Positions 35,546 through 46,800 of a stretch of 64,000 bases of DNA are shown in pieces. The notes below the pieces were generated by a model. The model did no database searches, was not told the DNA's origin, and saw nothing but the letters and a program-made list of their open reading frames with translations. Location of the stretch: contig NIVC01000493.1 in assembly GCA_002269645.1 (NCBI GenBank), forward strand, positions 372,001 to 436,000, in the 5' to 3' direction. Source of the stretch: Macrostomum lignano. Lineage: Eukaryota. Made by a program: the position numbers and the translations under genes. How positions within the stretch are numbered: the first letter of the stretch is position 1; the number at the start of each line of letters is the position of its first letter.

Positions 35546-35704
35546 CTCAGTTTATTAGAAAATCGCAATAGCTTCTTGAAAATGCACTGATCAGGTCAGG
35601 AAAGAAGATACAAGATGTTACAACACTCTCAAGCATTCGCTCGCACTTCTACAATTGTAAGTTTACGGTCGTAGCTACTACAATCTAAGAATTGAGCTAG
35701 TTGA

Positions 35705-38700
35705 CTAGCAATCTTCGCCCCCCGTTGGGGGACATCTGTATAGAATCTCTGTTCTCTACAAGTAACAAAAAGATAGCAAAAAAGCCTTCACAAAGAAAAC
35801 AGACAAAATACTCAAATGAAGTGCAATGCAAAAAGAAATCATCCCAAGACAGCAAGCATCCCCCTGATAGCAAGCATCCCCCAGATTGCAAGCATCCCCC
35901 AGATAGCAAGCATCCCCCAAATAGCAAGCATCCCCTAGATAGCAAGCATCCCCCAAATAGCAAGCATCCCCCAGATAGCAAGCATCCCCCAGATAGGAAG
36001 CATCCCCCCTCCCGGATAGCAAGCATCCCCCAGATAGCAAGCATCCCAAAATAGTAAACATCCACCAGACAATAAGTAGCTAGTGCAACAATTTCCTTTG
36101 CTCTATAGTGGCTCCCTTAAAATTGGCATGACGCTTACTTTTACGTTTGAAATTGTGTATCTTTTATGTTTGACATGGTGGCTCTTTTATGTTCTACATG
36201 GTGGCTCTTTAATGTTCTACATGGTGGCTCTTTGATGTTTGATTCGGAGTTTTTTAATGTCTGACATGGTGTCACTTTAATGTTTGACATTGTGGTTCTT
36301 TTATGTTTGACATGGTGGCTCTTAGTGTTTGACATGGTGGCTCTATAATGTTAGACATGGTGGCTCCATAATGTTAGACATGGTGGCTCTTTAATGTTCG
36401 ACATGGTGGCTCTTTAATGTTAGACATGTTGGCTATTAAATTTTTGACATGGTGGCTCTTTAATGTTCGACATAGTGGTCCTTTTATGCTTGAAATGGTG
36501 GCTCTTTAATATTTGACATGGTGGCTCTTTTATGTTTGGCATGATGGCTCTTTGATGTTTGATATAGAGTCACGAATATACTTGACATGGTGACTCGTTA
36601 ATGTTAGACATGGTGGCTCTTTAATGTTTGACATGGTGGCTCTTTAATGTTCGACATGGTATATCTATAATGTTAGACATGGTGGCTTTTTAATGTTCGA
36701 CATGGTGCCTCTTTAATATTTGACATGGTGGTCCTTTTATGTTCTACACGGTGGCTCTTTTATGTTTGACATGATGGCTCTTTAATGTTTGACATGGAGT
36801 CACATATATGTTGGACATGGTGGCTCTTTAATGTTCGACATGGTGGATCTATAATGTTTGACATGGTGGCTTTTTAATGTTCGACATGGTGGCTCTTTAA
36901 TGTTAGACATGGTGGCTCTTTAATGTTTGACATGGTGGCTCTTTAATTTTTGACATGGTAGCTCTTTTATGTTTGACATGATGGCTCTTTTATGTTTGAC
37001 ATGATGGCCCTTTTATGTTCTTCATGGTGACTCTTTTATGTTAGACATGGAGTCACGAATATACTTGACATGGTGACTCGTTAATGTTAGACATGGTGGC
37101 TCTTTAATGTTTGAAGTGGTGGCTCTTTAATATTTGACATGGTGGCTCTTTAATGTTTGACATGGTGGCTCTTTAATGTTCGACATGGTGCCTCTTTAAT
37201 GTTTGACATGGTGGTCCTTTTATGTTTGACATGGTGGCTCTTTAATATTAGACATGGTGGCTCTTTAATGTTAGACATGGTAGCTCTTTAATGTTCGACA
37301 TGGTGGCTCTTTAATGTTAGACATGGTGGTTCTTTAATGTTCGACATGGTGGCTCTTTAATGTTAGACATGGTGGTTCTTTAATGTTCGACATGGTGGCT
37401 CTGTAATGTTTGACGTTGTGGCTCTTTAATGTTTGACATGGTGGCTCTATATTGTTCGACATGGTGGTTCTTTATGTTCGACATGGTGGCTCTTTTATGC
37501 TTGACATGGTGGCTCTTTACTTTTTGACATGGAGTCACATATATGTTTGACATGGTGGCTCTTTAATGTTTGACATGGTGGCTCTTTTATGTTTGACATG
37601 ATGGCTCTTTTATGTTTGACATGGTGGCTCTTTAATGTTCGACATGGTGGCTCTTTAGTGTTTGACATGGTGGCTCTTTAAGGTTTAACATGGATTCACG
37701 AATATACTTGACATGGTGACTCGTTAATGTTAGACATGGTGGCACCCTAGTGTAATGAATGCTCTTTAATGTTTGAAATGGTGGCTCTATATTGTTCGAC
37801 ATGGTGGTTCTTTATGTTCGACATGGTGGCTCTTTTATGCTTGACATGGTGGCTCTTTACTTTTTGACATGGAGTCACATATATGTTTGACATGGTGGCT
37901 TTTTAATGTCAGACATGGTGGCTCTTTAATGTTCGACATGGTGGTACTTTTATGCTTGACATGGTGGCTCTATAATGTTCGACATGGTGGTTCTTTTATG
38001 TTCGACATGGTGGCTCTTTTATGCTTGACATGGTCGCTCTTTACTTTTTGACATGGAGTCACATATATGTTTGACATGGTGGCTCTTTTATGTTGGACAT
38101 GGTGGCTCTTTTATGTTGGACATGGTGGCTCTTTAGTGTTTGACATGGTGGCTCTTTTATGTTTGACATGGATTCACGAATATACTTGACATGGTGGCTC
38201 TTTATTGTTCGACATGATGGCTCTTTAATGTTTGACCTGGTGGCACCCTAGTGTAATGATGGCTCTTTAATGTTTGAAATGGTGGCTCTTTAATATTTGA
38301 CATGGTGGCTCTTTAATGTTCGACATGGTGGCTCTATAATGTTAGACATGGTGGCTCTTTAATGTTCGACATGGTGGCTCTTTAATGTTAGACATGGTGG
38401 CTCTTTAATGTTAGACATGGTGGATCTTTTATGTTTGACATGATGGCTCTTTAATGTTTTACATTGTGCTTTTTGTTTTTAGCATTTAAAATGTTTTTAT
38501 TAGGGTTTTTTTAATAAAAAAATCTTTTTGCACTACTAAGCTTTGAACCCAGGTCGCTACATAAGCAGTCCAATCTGTTTGCATCGAGGCTTTCTCTTTT
38601 CAATTGGCGAACATGATTTGTGGCCCTTATAATTCAATGCTTACAGCAAGTTGGTTAGAGTAAAAAGTTATGACATAATCAATTTCTTAGTCAGCCAGTA

Positions 38701-39075
38701 TCAGTGTCAATTTAAGTTAGCAATATTGTTACGCAATTTCAATCAAGTTGTGTGTGCATTTCTTTGGCACTGTTTTCAACTTGTTGTGATGCAATCTTTA
38801 TCAGAATTGAAATTCAGTCAGTCAGTTTTTTCTCTAGCATTCTTACAATGCATTTCAGATCGAAAGAGCCGCTTGACCTTTGCAAAAAAGCCTGTTTTTC
38901 GAATATTTAATCCCTTTAATATTGAGCAATTTCTTAGCCAAGATGCATGTACCGTCCCAGGAAAATTTCTGATCGAATGGTGCAAGTTTGAAGAAAATCG
39001 GTTGAGCCATTTTTTCTGAAATCTATCGCATACCTACCCACATACATACAGACAACTCATTTTTAGTATATAGGA
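35705..39075 (-). mobile_element. Non-autonomous Helitron-like element, solo copy A (3371 bp), with internal 18-bp and 23-bp satellites
   Basis: On the minus strand: 5-prime TCCTATATACTAAAAATGAG; 3-prime GC hairpin GTCCCCCAACGGGGGGC followed by GAAGATTGCTAG; no TSD. The same architecture recurs at 55794 onward. Confidence 0.82.
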
Positions 39076-39494
39076 AACCATCAAACGATGAAGTGCCCTA
39101 GGAGTGGGGTGGGTGAGCCTGCAGACAGCGATGCAGCTGTCAGGCCACTTAGCTGGAACAGACTGGGCTTCTCCATGATTACAATTTAGAGAGTTCGTGC
39201 TCGCAGACTCTTGAGACTATGCTATCTGTGCCTTGCCAATTTCTGTGACCCAGTCTCCAAATGGCTAAACAAGCATTTGAGGTCTTACACTGTGCGTAGG
39301 GGGGCGGGGGGGTCCTGGGGCAGAAAAATAAACACATAAAAAAGGCTTCCATAAGAAAAATAAAAAAATCATGAGAGCTCATCTGAAACGCCTAAAACGC
39401 ACAGATTTTTCGTCTTTCGAATTTCCTCTTAGCATTTCACAAAGCCTGAACAAAGATTACAAGCTTTGTGCAAAAACGAAACCCCAGCACCAGA

Positions 39495-41407
39495 ATGCGA
39501 CTCTTGCCGCGTCGCTGTGGTCGACGGCCTGTCGTCTGTCTGACAGTCGTCCTGGCGGTCGGCCTGCCGACGATCCTTCTTACAATGCGGACCTCCCGAC
39601 CGTCGGATGCGCCGCGCCATCCGGCCACGTTGCCTTCGGCGCTACGCCGTTGCCTAGGAGACGGCGCCAGACAAATTGCGCCAACTCAGCTGGATGCCGC
39701 CTGCGCCGAAGCGCCGCCAGAGCCGTGTCGAATTGCCCGCCTCGACCATCTGGACCTGACCGGCTTTGCCGAGTCCCGCCTCCGCCTGCCGTCGTCCGGC
39801 GCGGCAATTAAAATCTTCCTATACCCGCCTGGGGACCTCATCTCGGACAGTGTTCGGCAGCGGGGCAGCTGGGAAGCGGCTCGGGTTCGATTCCTGACTA
39901 TGGCGCTACGCGCCTGGCCCCGCTCCGTTCTCATTGACGCCGGTAGCAACGTCGGAGTGTACAGCCTCACCGCGGCTCGAGTCGGCCGCAAGGTTCTGGC
40001 CATAGACGCCAACTATCGGGTAAGCTGGCCTCGATGACTTTGAGTTCTAAAGATATAGCATTTTCCAACCAAGCCATTCACTCTAGCCTAGATGTGTCAC
40101 TCTAGCCTCGGTGTGTCACTCTAGCCTAGGTGTCACTCTAGCCTAGGTGTGTCTCTCTAGCCTAGGTGTGTCACTCTAGCCTAGGTGTGTCACTCTAGCC
40201 TCGGTGTGTCACTCTAGCCTAGTTGTGTCACTCTAGCATTCGCCAATGCATATAGCGGCCGTCTCCGAGGCCCCCAAAACCCCAGGGTTAGGGCCACAGA
40301 CACCAGCTGCTGCTGATAATGCTTGAGAGCAACAGAAGCTACAGTCTATGGTCTTAACCCCTGGGTTCTCGCGCTGCTTGAGTTGACAAACTATGTAGTA
40401 TAGAATCTTTGGTTCAATCCTCAGCTACGCTCGTATTGAAGACTTACTATGTCTATGGTCTAAAAAGGGGGTCTGTGGAGCAGCCAGTTTAAGAGTTCGG
40501 TTGCGCAACTAAAAATTAATCCTTTTCACAGTATATATCAATAGCTTGATTCTCCCAGACTGCTCCCATCTGGCTCCTTGACTTTACTGGCTTGGAAAAT
40601 GCTATATCAAGCGTGTATATTTGTAAATTCTTAGGTCCAGCCAAAATACGAGTATTATGGATTTAGTGGTCAAAGTGGAGAACTTCCTATCTCGCTAGTG
40701 TAGGCGTACATACGAATGCATGAGTTATGAGTCAGCCCAATTCATCACCCGGTGACCTGTTTAGCTGTTTAGCTCAGCTAAAATCAATACTTGAGTCAGG
40801 CTCTCAGCACTCGCCCCGCTCTGGCCCGCAGAGCGCACTGAGGTTGGCAAAATCTGCGCAAGCCAACGGCCTCTCGGGACTGATCCACGTCTACTGGAAC
40901 GCGCTGTCCAACCGGCCAGGCGGCTCCGAACTCCGCCTGCGCCTGCCGGCTGGCTGCAACGTCGGCGGCGCCGCTCCGCTCGAGGGCGCCGACAGAGGCC
41001 GCGACGATGATTTTGTCGACGAAGCTGTCCGACCGCGCGCTGCCGGCCTCGACCAGCTGATCGCATCGTCTGGCGGCCATCTGGCCGGAGCGAGAGGCGT
41101 CTTTCTCAAGCTGGACATCGAAGGTCAGGAGTGGAGCGCCTTCGCCACCGGTCAGAAGCTGTTCAGCAACCACACGGTGCCGCTGGTGCTGATGGAATGG
41201 GGCGGCACGGCAGTGCACCGGCCGAACCTGGCCGTCTGGATGCTGCAGTTCCTGACTGGCCGGGGCTACAAGCCGTACGAGCTGCGGCCGACTGGGGATC
41301 AAGCCAATGCGCTGGTGCCGCTGCCTCTGCCGCACTGGCGCGCCTGGCCTGGCGACATTTTGTGGACTAAAAATGCGACATTGCTCACCGACGGCTGGCG
41401 CGTGTAG
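39495..41407 (+). CDS. FkbM-family (Methyltransf_21-like) SAM-dependent methyltransferase, type II membrane topology (exons 39495-40019, 40832-41407), 366 aa
   Basis: N-terminal basic segment plus TM (VVCLTVVLAVGLPTILLTM); D.IS..V...G.WE; SAM motif VLIDAGSNVGVYSL; FLKLDIEGQE; LMEW. Phase-0 intron CGG|GTAAGC...CCGCAG. Confidence 0.88.
40081..40237. repeat. 19-bp tandem repeat CTCTAGCCTAGGTGTGTCA, about 8 copies (methyltransferase intron)
   Basis: Period 19 (40081, 40100, ...). Confidence 0.9.
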
Positions 41408-41539
41408 AGTTGGGAGACTGCGCGGATTCTTGTTGGAAGTTTGCTGGTCATATTGTAAGCGCTGCCATGATGCCAGGGGCTTAATGCCAGGAACTTGTGT
41501 TGGGGAGCGCATTTTTGGGGATCTGATGTCATTTGATTG

Positions 41540-41754
41540 AGCGCCAGCACCAGGGGCGCCAGCACCAGGGGCGCCAGCACCAGGGGCGCCAGCACCAGGG
41601 GCGCCAGCACCAGGGGCGCCAGCACCAGGGGCGCCAGCACCAGGGGCGCCAGCACCAGGGGCGCCAGCACCAGGGGCGCCAGCACCAGGGGCGCCAGCAC
41701 CAGGGGCGCCAGCACCAGGGGCGCCAGCACCAGGGGCGCCAGCACCAGGGGCGC
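41540..41754. repeat. Perfect 15-bp repeat GCGCCAGCACCAGGG, about 14 copies
   Basis: Direct reading. Confidence 0.95.
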
Positions 41755-43826
41755 TTTATACAATACTTTTTGCCAGCCAAACGAAGGGTCTTGGCCCTCT
41801 TAACCCTCTACCTGGCTACGCCCCTGAGTGATAAAGCGATTTATTTTGCTGTTCGGCTTGAATTAATCGCATTTTATTTACTATCAATTCGCTCCGCGCA
41901 CTACTTTGCTAGTAGCATATACGCCAGTGTTATTTCTACACACTCAGAAGCAATACACTTGAATAATATTTATATAAAGCGCATCCAACATTTTATTTAT
42001 CCAGTGATCTCCGCTCATATTTTCCAGTAAAAACATCTTTTGTCTGGGCCAATGTAAACTCAAATCAGTGCCACTCTGTGGTTGAGCAAATAAAATACAC
42101 TTAAAGACATCCAAAGTGTGCAACCTTGTTAAGAAAAAGCAGACAATAACAGGCAATGAGTTCATAATTTCGGGTTGAACTAAGATTGGCATTTGAATTA
42201 CGTCAATAAATGGACAAACGGTGCAACGTCCTCTTCGTAAAGTACGCCAAGGACGACTGAGAGAGACGCGGGTACAACAGTTAACAGAAACTGCGTGCTT
42301 GGCTACGCTGACAATCTGGCTACGAAGTCGTCCTCAAGGGCGTCCAGCAACAGCAAAAGACTGTCAACACGCATAAGACCGTTGTGCTCTGCGTGCCGAA
42401 TCACATCGAGGCTGTGATTTTGTGCCGAGGCGCTGAGGGGCAACGACGAAACTACCGTGATGTCAACAGTTCGTCTATCTTCGACGGTTCCCGACGGTTG
42501 GTGGATCTTTTCGTTCAACGAAAGCATTCCTGTAGTCCGAGGATCTGCCTGACCGCCAGAGGGCGGCGTTGTTCTAGACGGTGGTCAACACGGTCCTGCT
42601 TTACAGGTTGGTGACTCGTTCTCGTAATTTCAAGCTCGGTCGACGAGCGAGTCACCAACGCGACATTGTATCGCGGCGTCGGTCCAAACGATCTGTTAGT
42701 TTGCGCTGTCGGAGACTCCAGCTGGCAGGCCACATCAACCGCCACCGAGTCGCACTGCCCCCACAGACAGAGCAGGAGGCGCTGCAGGCGACTATACTTA
42801 ACGGCCATCGCTAGGACGTCGAATAAGACAGCCAGGTATAATTTTTGCCAGCTCCGAGGGTGAAGTTTCTATTGGTAGGTGGAGAGTAGAGAGGGGGATA
42901 AGAGTCTGGGCTGGAAAGTGTGCTGAAGTGGGAGTTCCGGTGTCGCGGCGCTTGTTTAAGGTGATGAGTGAAAAAATTCAATAGAAAATCAATATTGGCA
43001 GCCTTTTAGGGCTCGCCTGAGTGAGGCGTGTCGTGTTGGGTTTTTCACCCAACTTCCTGCTTTCAAAATTTGAAGGCGCACGCGATTTCAAAATGTGACT
43101 GGATTTCAAATGACAGGGAAGGACATGACGCTTGAGCTGAGGTCTGGCTGTTGGCTTTCAGTCAACCGATCAGTATTACGGAACGACTATATTGAAGAGT
43201 CTTGCGTTGTAGTAAGTTTACTTTAACTTATATATAGTGGCGAATATTATAGTAAAACAGTGTTACGTTAGTCTTCAGGTAAAAGCTATGCGACAAAGGA
43301 CGAAAATAGCATGCAGGGTGGATAGTGCAGGTCTGGTCACGCTCTGCAGTTTTAACAAGACGGGGCAAAAAATCTACGCGGAGAAAATAGAGCAAAAATC
43401 GAAATAGTTAATGCCAATGATGGGTCTTAACAAAAAACGTACATGCGGTATTTCATCTCAGTCGCACCGGAGCTCCGAAATCTTTTTATCGCTAGTGCTT
43501 CTTTTGGAATGAGGCGAAAGTGGCAAAGTACGAGCGTAATAATATGAGTGGTAGTAAGAGCGGAGAAGAATCTCGATTGATTGAGATTAGCCTACCTGTT
43601 ACAATCAGTATTTATCTATTGTATTTACAAACGGTGTTTTTGAACTTCCGGTAGGTACTCGGAGCAGACACGGTTGCGGGGTTTAAAATTAGGGCGCGGC
43701 GACTTCACAGAGACGCTATCTGATAAGTGTTTTTAGAGTATTTGCTTCAAAAAAAGTCTCACAACGCAACGACTGATTGTAGATCACCTTGATATTTTTA
43801 CGCCGTTAATTATCATAACGAGGTCG

Positions 43827-46800
43827 CTACGAGGTCACGCTGGCATAACTCGGGACCTGCCCGTAGATGCCTCCCATCACGGCAACGCTGGCCAGCAGGA
43901 ACAGCCAGAACATGGCCCGATCAGTTGACCTCGCCATCGCCACCCAGGCATCGGGCCCGTTGCAGATGCATTCTTTGGTGCCATCGCTCGGATGAGCTTG
44001 CGACTCTTGCCTCGGCGAGTGTGGCTTCTTCTTGTTGGACACCACCTCGTCCGCTGCTCCGGCCTCGTAGTCCAGTAGCGACAGGTGGCTTGGCAGGCGA
44101 ATGAGGTGCGTGGTCTTCGACTGCTCAGTTGACGACACAGCTCCGTTACCGTTGGATGGCTGCTGCGGCCTCTGCCTGAGCTGCTGGCAACTCTCGTCGC
44201 CGTTGCTGCCGACAGACTCGCATCCGTCGACTGTTGTCGAGTGCGGAAAACGGAATCGAGCGGCGGTGGTGGCGCCGCTCAACGCCGCAAATCGGCTGTG
44301 TCGATGTCGATGACGCTCGGCTTCGAGGCGGCGCCGGCGGCGACACTCGCGGCAGTGAAGCAGGCTGACGAAGAGGCGCACCGGCCAGGGCGGCGGGCCG
44401 CTGCTCGTCACTTTGCGCACGTGGATGTTGGTGACAAGGACGCCCATCACAAGTGCTAGCGACACCATGACCATTGTGATGCCGAACAGAAGGCCTGGCC
44501 GGGTTTTGTGAGGATTAGCTGTTGCTTGAGCTGCTGTAATGCTATGGCATAGTTTAAAGCGAGGAGTCAAGCCCCATAACTCTTCCCTCAGAGATGAGCT
44601 GCACGCCCTGACTTCCCAGTCAAGCTTTCAGTGTACACACTCTGTGCCTTGGCATTGAACTCAGCATGTGAAAGTTCGCATGTATCATGAAACTAGATCG
44701 TTCATCCGGCGATTGCGGGGAAGCCATGCTGCAACTTATTGACAGAATCAAAGTTTTGGACAGCTTCAGATTCATCTTCAGATTCAGATTCATGTAAGCA
44801 GTCTTCATACATATACTGGTAGCGGCATGAAAGCGTTAGGAATTGGCAGGCATTCGGTGGGGAAGGCTCGGTGGGGAAGGCTCGGTGGGGAAGGCTCGGT
44901 GGGGAAGGCTCGGTGGGGAAGGCTCGGTGGGGAAGGCTCGGTGGGAAGGCTCGGTGGGGAAGGCTCGGTGGGGAAGGCTCGGTGGGGAAGGCTCGGTGGG
45001 GAAGGCTCGGTGGGGAAGGCTCGGTGGGGAAGGCTCGGTGGGGAAGGCTCGGTGGGGAAGGCTCAGTGGGGAAGGCTCGGGGGGGAAGCTCGGTGGGGAA
45101 GGCTCAGTGGGGAAGGCTCGGTGGGGAAGGCTCGGTGGGGAAGGCTCGGTGGGGAAGGCTCGGTGGGGAAGGCTCGGTGGGGAAGGCTCGATAGGAAAAG
45201 GTCCAGAGTGAGAATCTCATAAACCGGCATCATGAGAGCTAATACTTCGCCCACTCAATGTATTCAAGTCTGTGTCTGAACAAAACTACGAGCTGGTATT
45301 TTTGGAAGACTATTGCAGGATTCAAAAACCACTATTCTCTGTCACTCACTCCATTATTTTAAAAGAAGCGAAAATTCTACAGAGTTACTGAACCATGTCA
45401 GGCCTCCTTGGTGCGATCTCAGTCAAAGCTGAAAGCAGACAAAGTCAAAGAACCCGTGAATACTGAATGAAGAGACCTACAACGTCTGTAGAAGACAGTG
45501 GACACTTTCAATCTAAAATCTCAGATCAGCGAGGCTGCGCTGAATCCGAATTAATGAGGCCGAGTCCGTAGTCAGTGGAAAAGTAACTATCACTCATATC
45601 GCAAAGCTTTCGCAAAGTTATTAGTCAATTAGTGGGAGTGCCCGGTCCCCTGTTCCCTGGCTCGAGTTGTTGTATCTGGGTGAATCTGCAGAGAAAAAAA
45701 TGATTTTTCGGGTGTGTCGGTTTGCATGGGAAACTGCGGCAGATTGATCTACCTAATAGTGAAAGCGCTGAGCTCATCGATTCTCTGCAAACTGTTGGTC
45801 ATTTTTTGCAAGCTTTGTTATTTGCTACAGTTTTCCCAATGGATAACCGTGTTAGCTGAAGCTAATGGCACAGCTGGGAGTCGGTCAACTCTGCTAGATG
45901 GAGACCTGCGCTGCGAGGTCCACGCTTCTCTCATGATGCCAATTTATTGAAAAAAACGTTAGACCCAGTACTGACAGTCTCGCTCAGATATTCTGGCCTG
46001 CAGTGGTGTCCTTCGAAAGTAATTGCCCTCTCTGGGGGGGGGTGGGGTGGCGGCTCGGGAGGATGGCGGTGGCCCTCCACATGTAGGTGTCAGTCAGGAA
46101 AGTCTAAGAGAGAATATCAAATTATCTGTCAGATTAATAATTGCTCGACTTAATCCACAAGCTCTGGATAGCGAATGAAGCTGCCTTTATTATCGTAAAA
46201 TGCTGTGTAATATGTATTTCTATGCTTACATATGCGCCTTGCATATCCCCCATTAACACTCACCCCATTAGCATCAAACCCCATTGACACTCCACCCCAT
46301 AGACATACCCAATTGACACCCACCCCATCGACACCCACCCTATTGACACCCAATCTATTAACAGCCACCCCATCGACACCCACCCCATCGACACCCACCC
46401 CATCGACACCCACCCCATCGACACCCAACCCATTGACACCCACCCCATCGACACCCACCCCATTGACACTCACCCCATCGACACCCACCCCATTGACGCC
46501 CACTTAATTTGCAACCCACCACATTTAAAATGCAGACGTAAGTTATGAGTAAAACCCGGTATTCAGAAAAAATGCTTAAATTTAATCAGTTGAATCCGGT
46601 TTCTAAATGGATTGGCAATCACGAGGCATTTTGTCTCTTAGACGACAAAAAACTTACGTGCCTAATTGGGTCTATACTTACCAACACTTATGTAGGACAA
46701 ATCAGAACGTAAACTTTCTCCAATTGGTTCTACCTTAAAAAGATTTTATGCCTCATAAAAATTGGTCTCTGTGAGTTTGCGTTGAATTCAAAGGCTCTGG

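Noticed and set aside
36150-38470. CRISPR-like appearance of regularly spaced 23-56 bp repeats here and elsewhere
   Set aside because: No unique spacers, no cas genes, and a eukaryotic intron-containing context.
39371-41512. Several overlapping alternative-frame and antisense ORFs over the methyltransferase (likewise over SEC63, innexin and nAChR exons)
   Set aside because: Shadow ORFs expected in GC-rich coding sequence.
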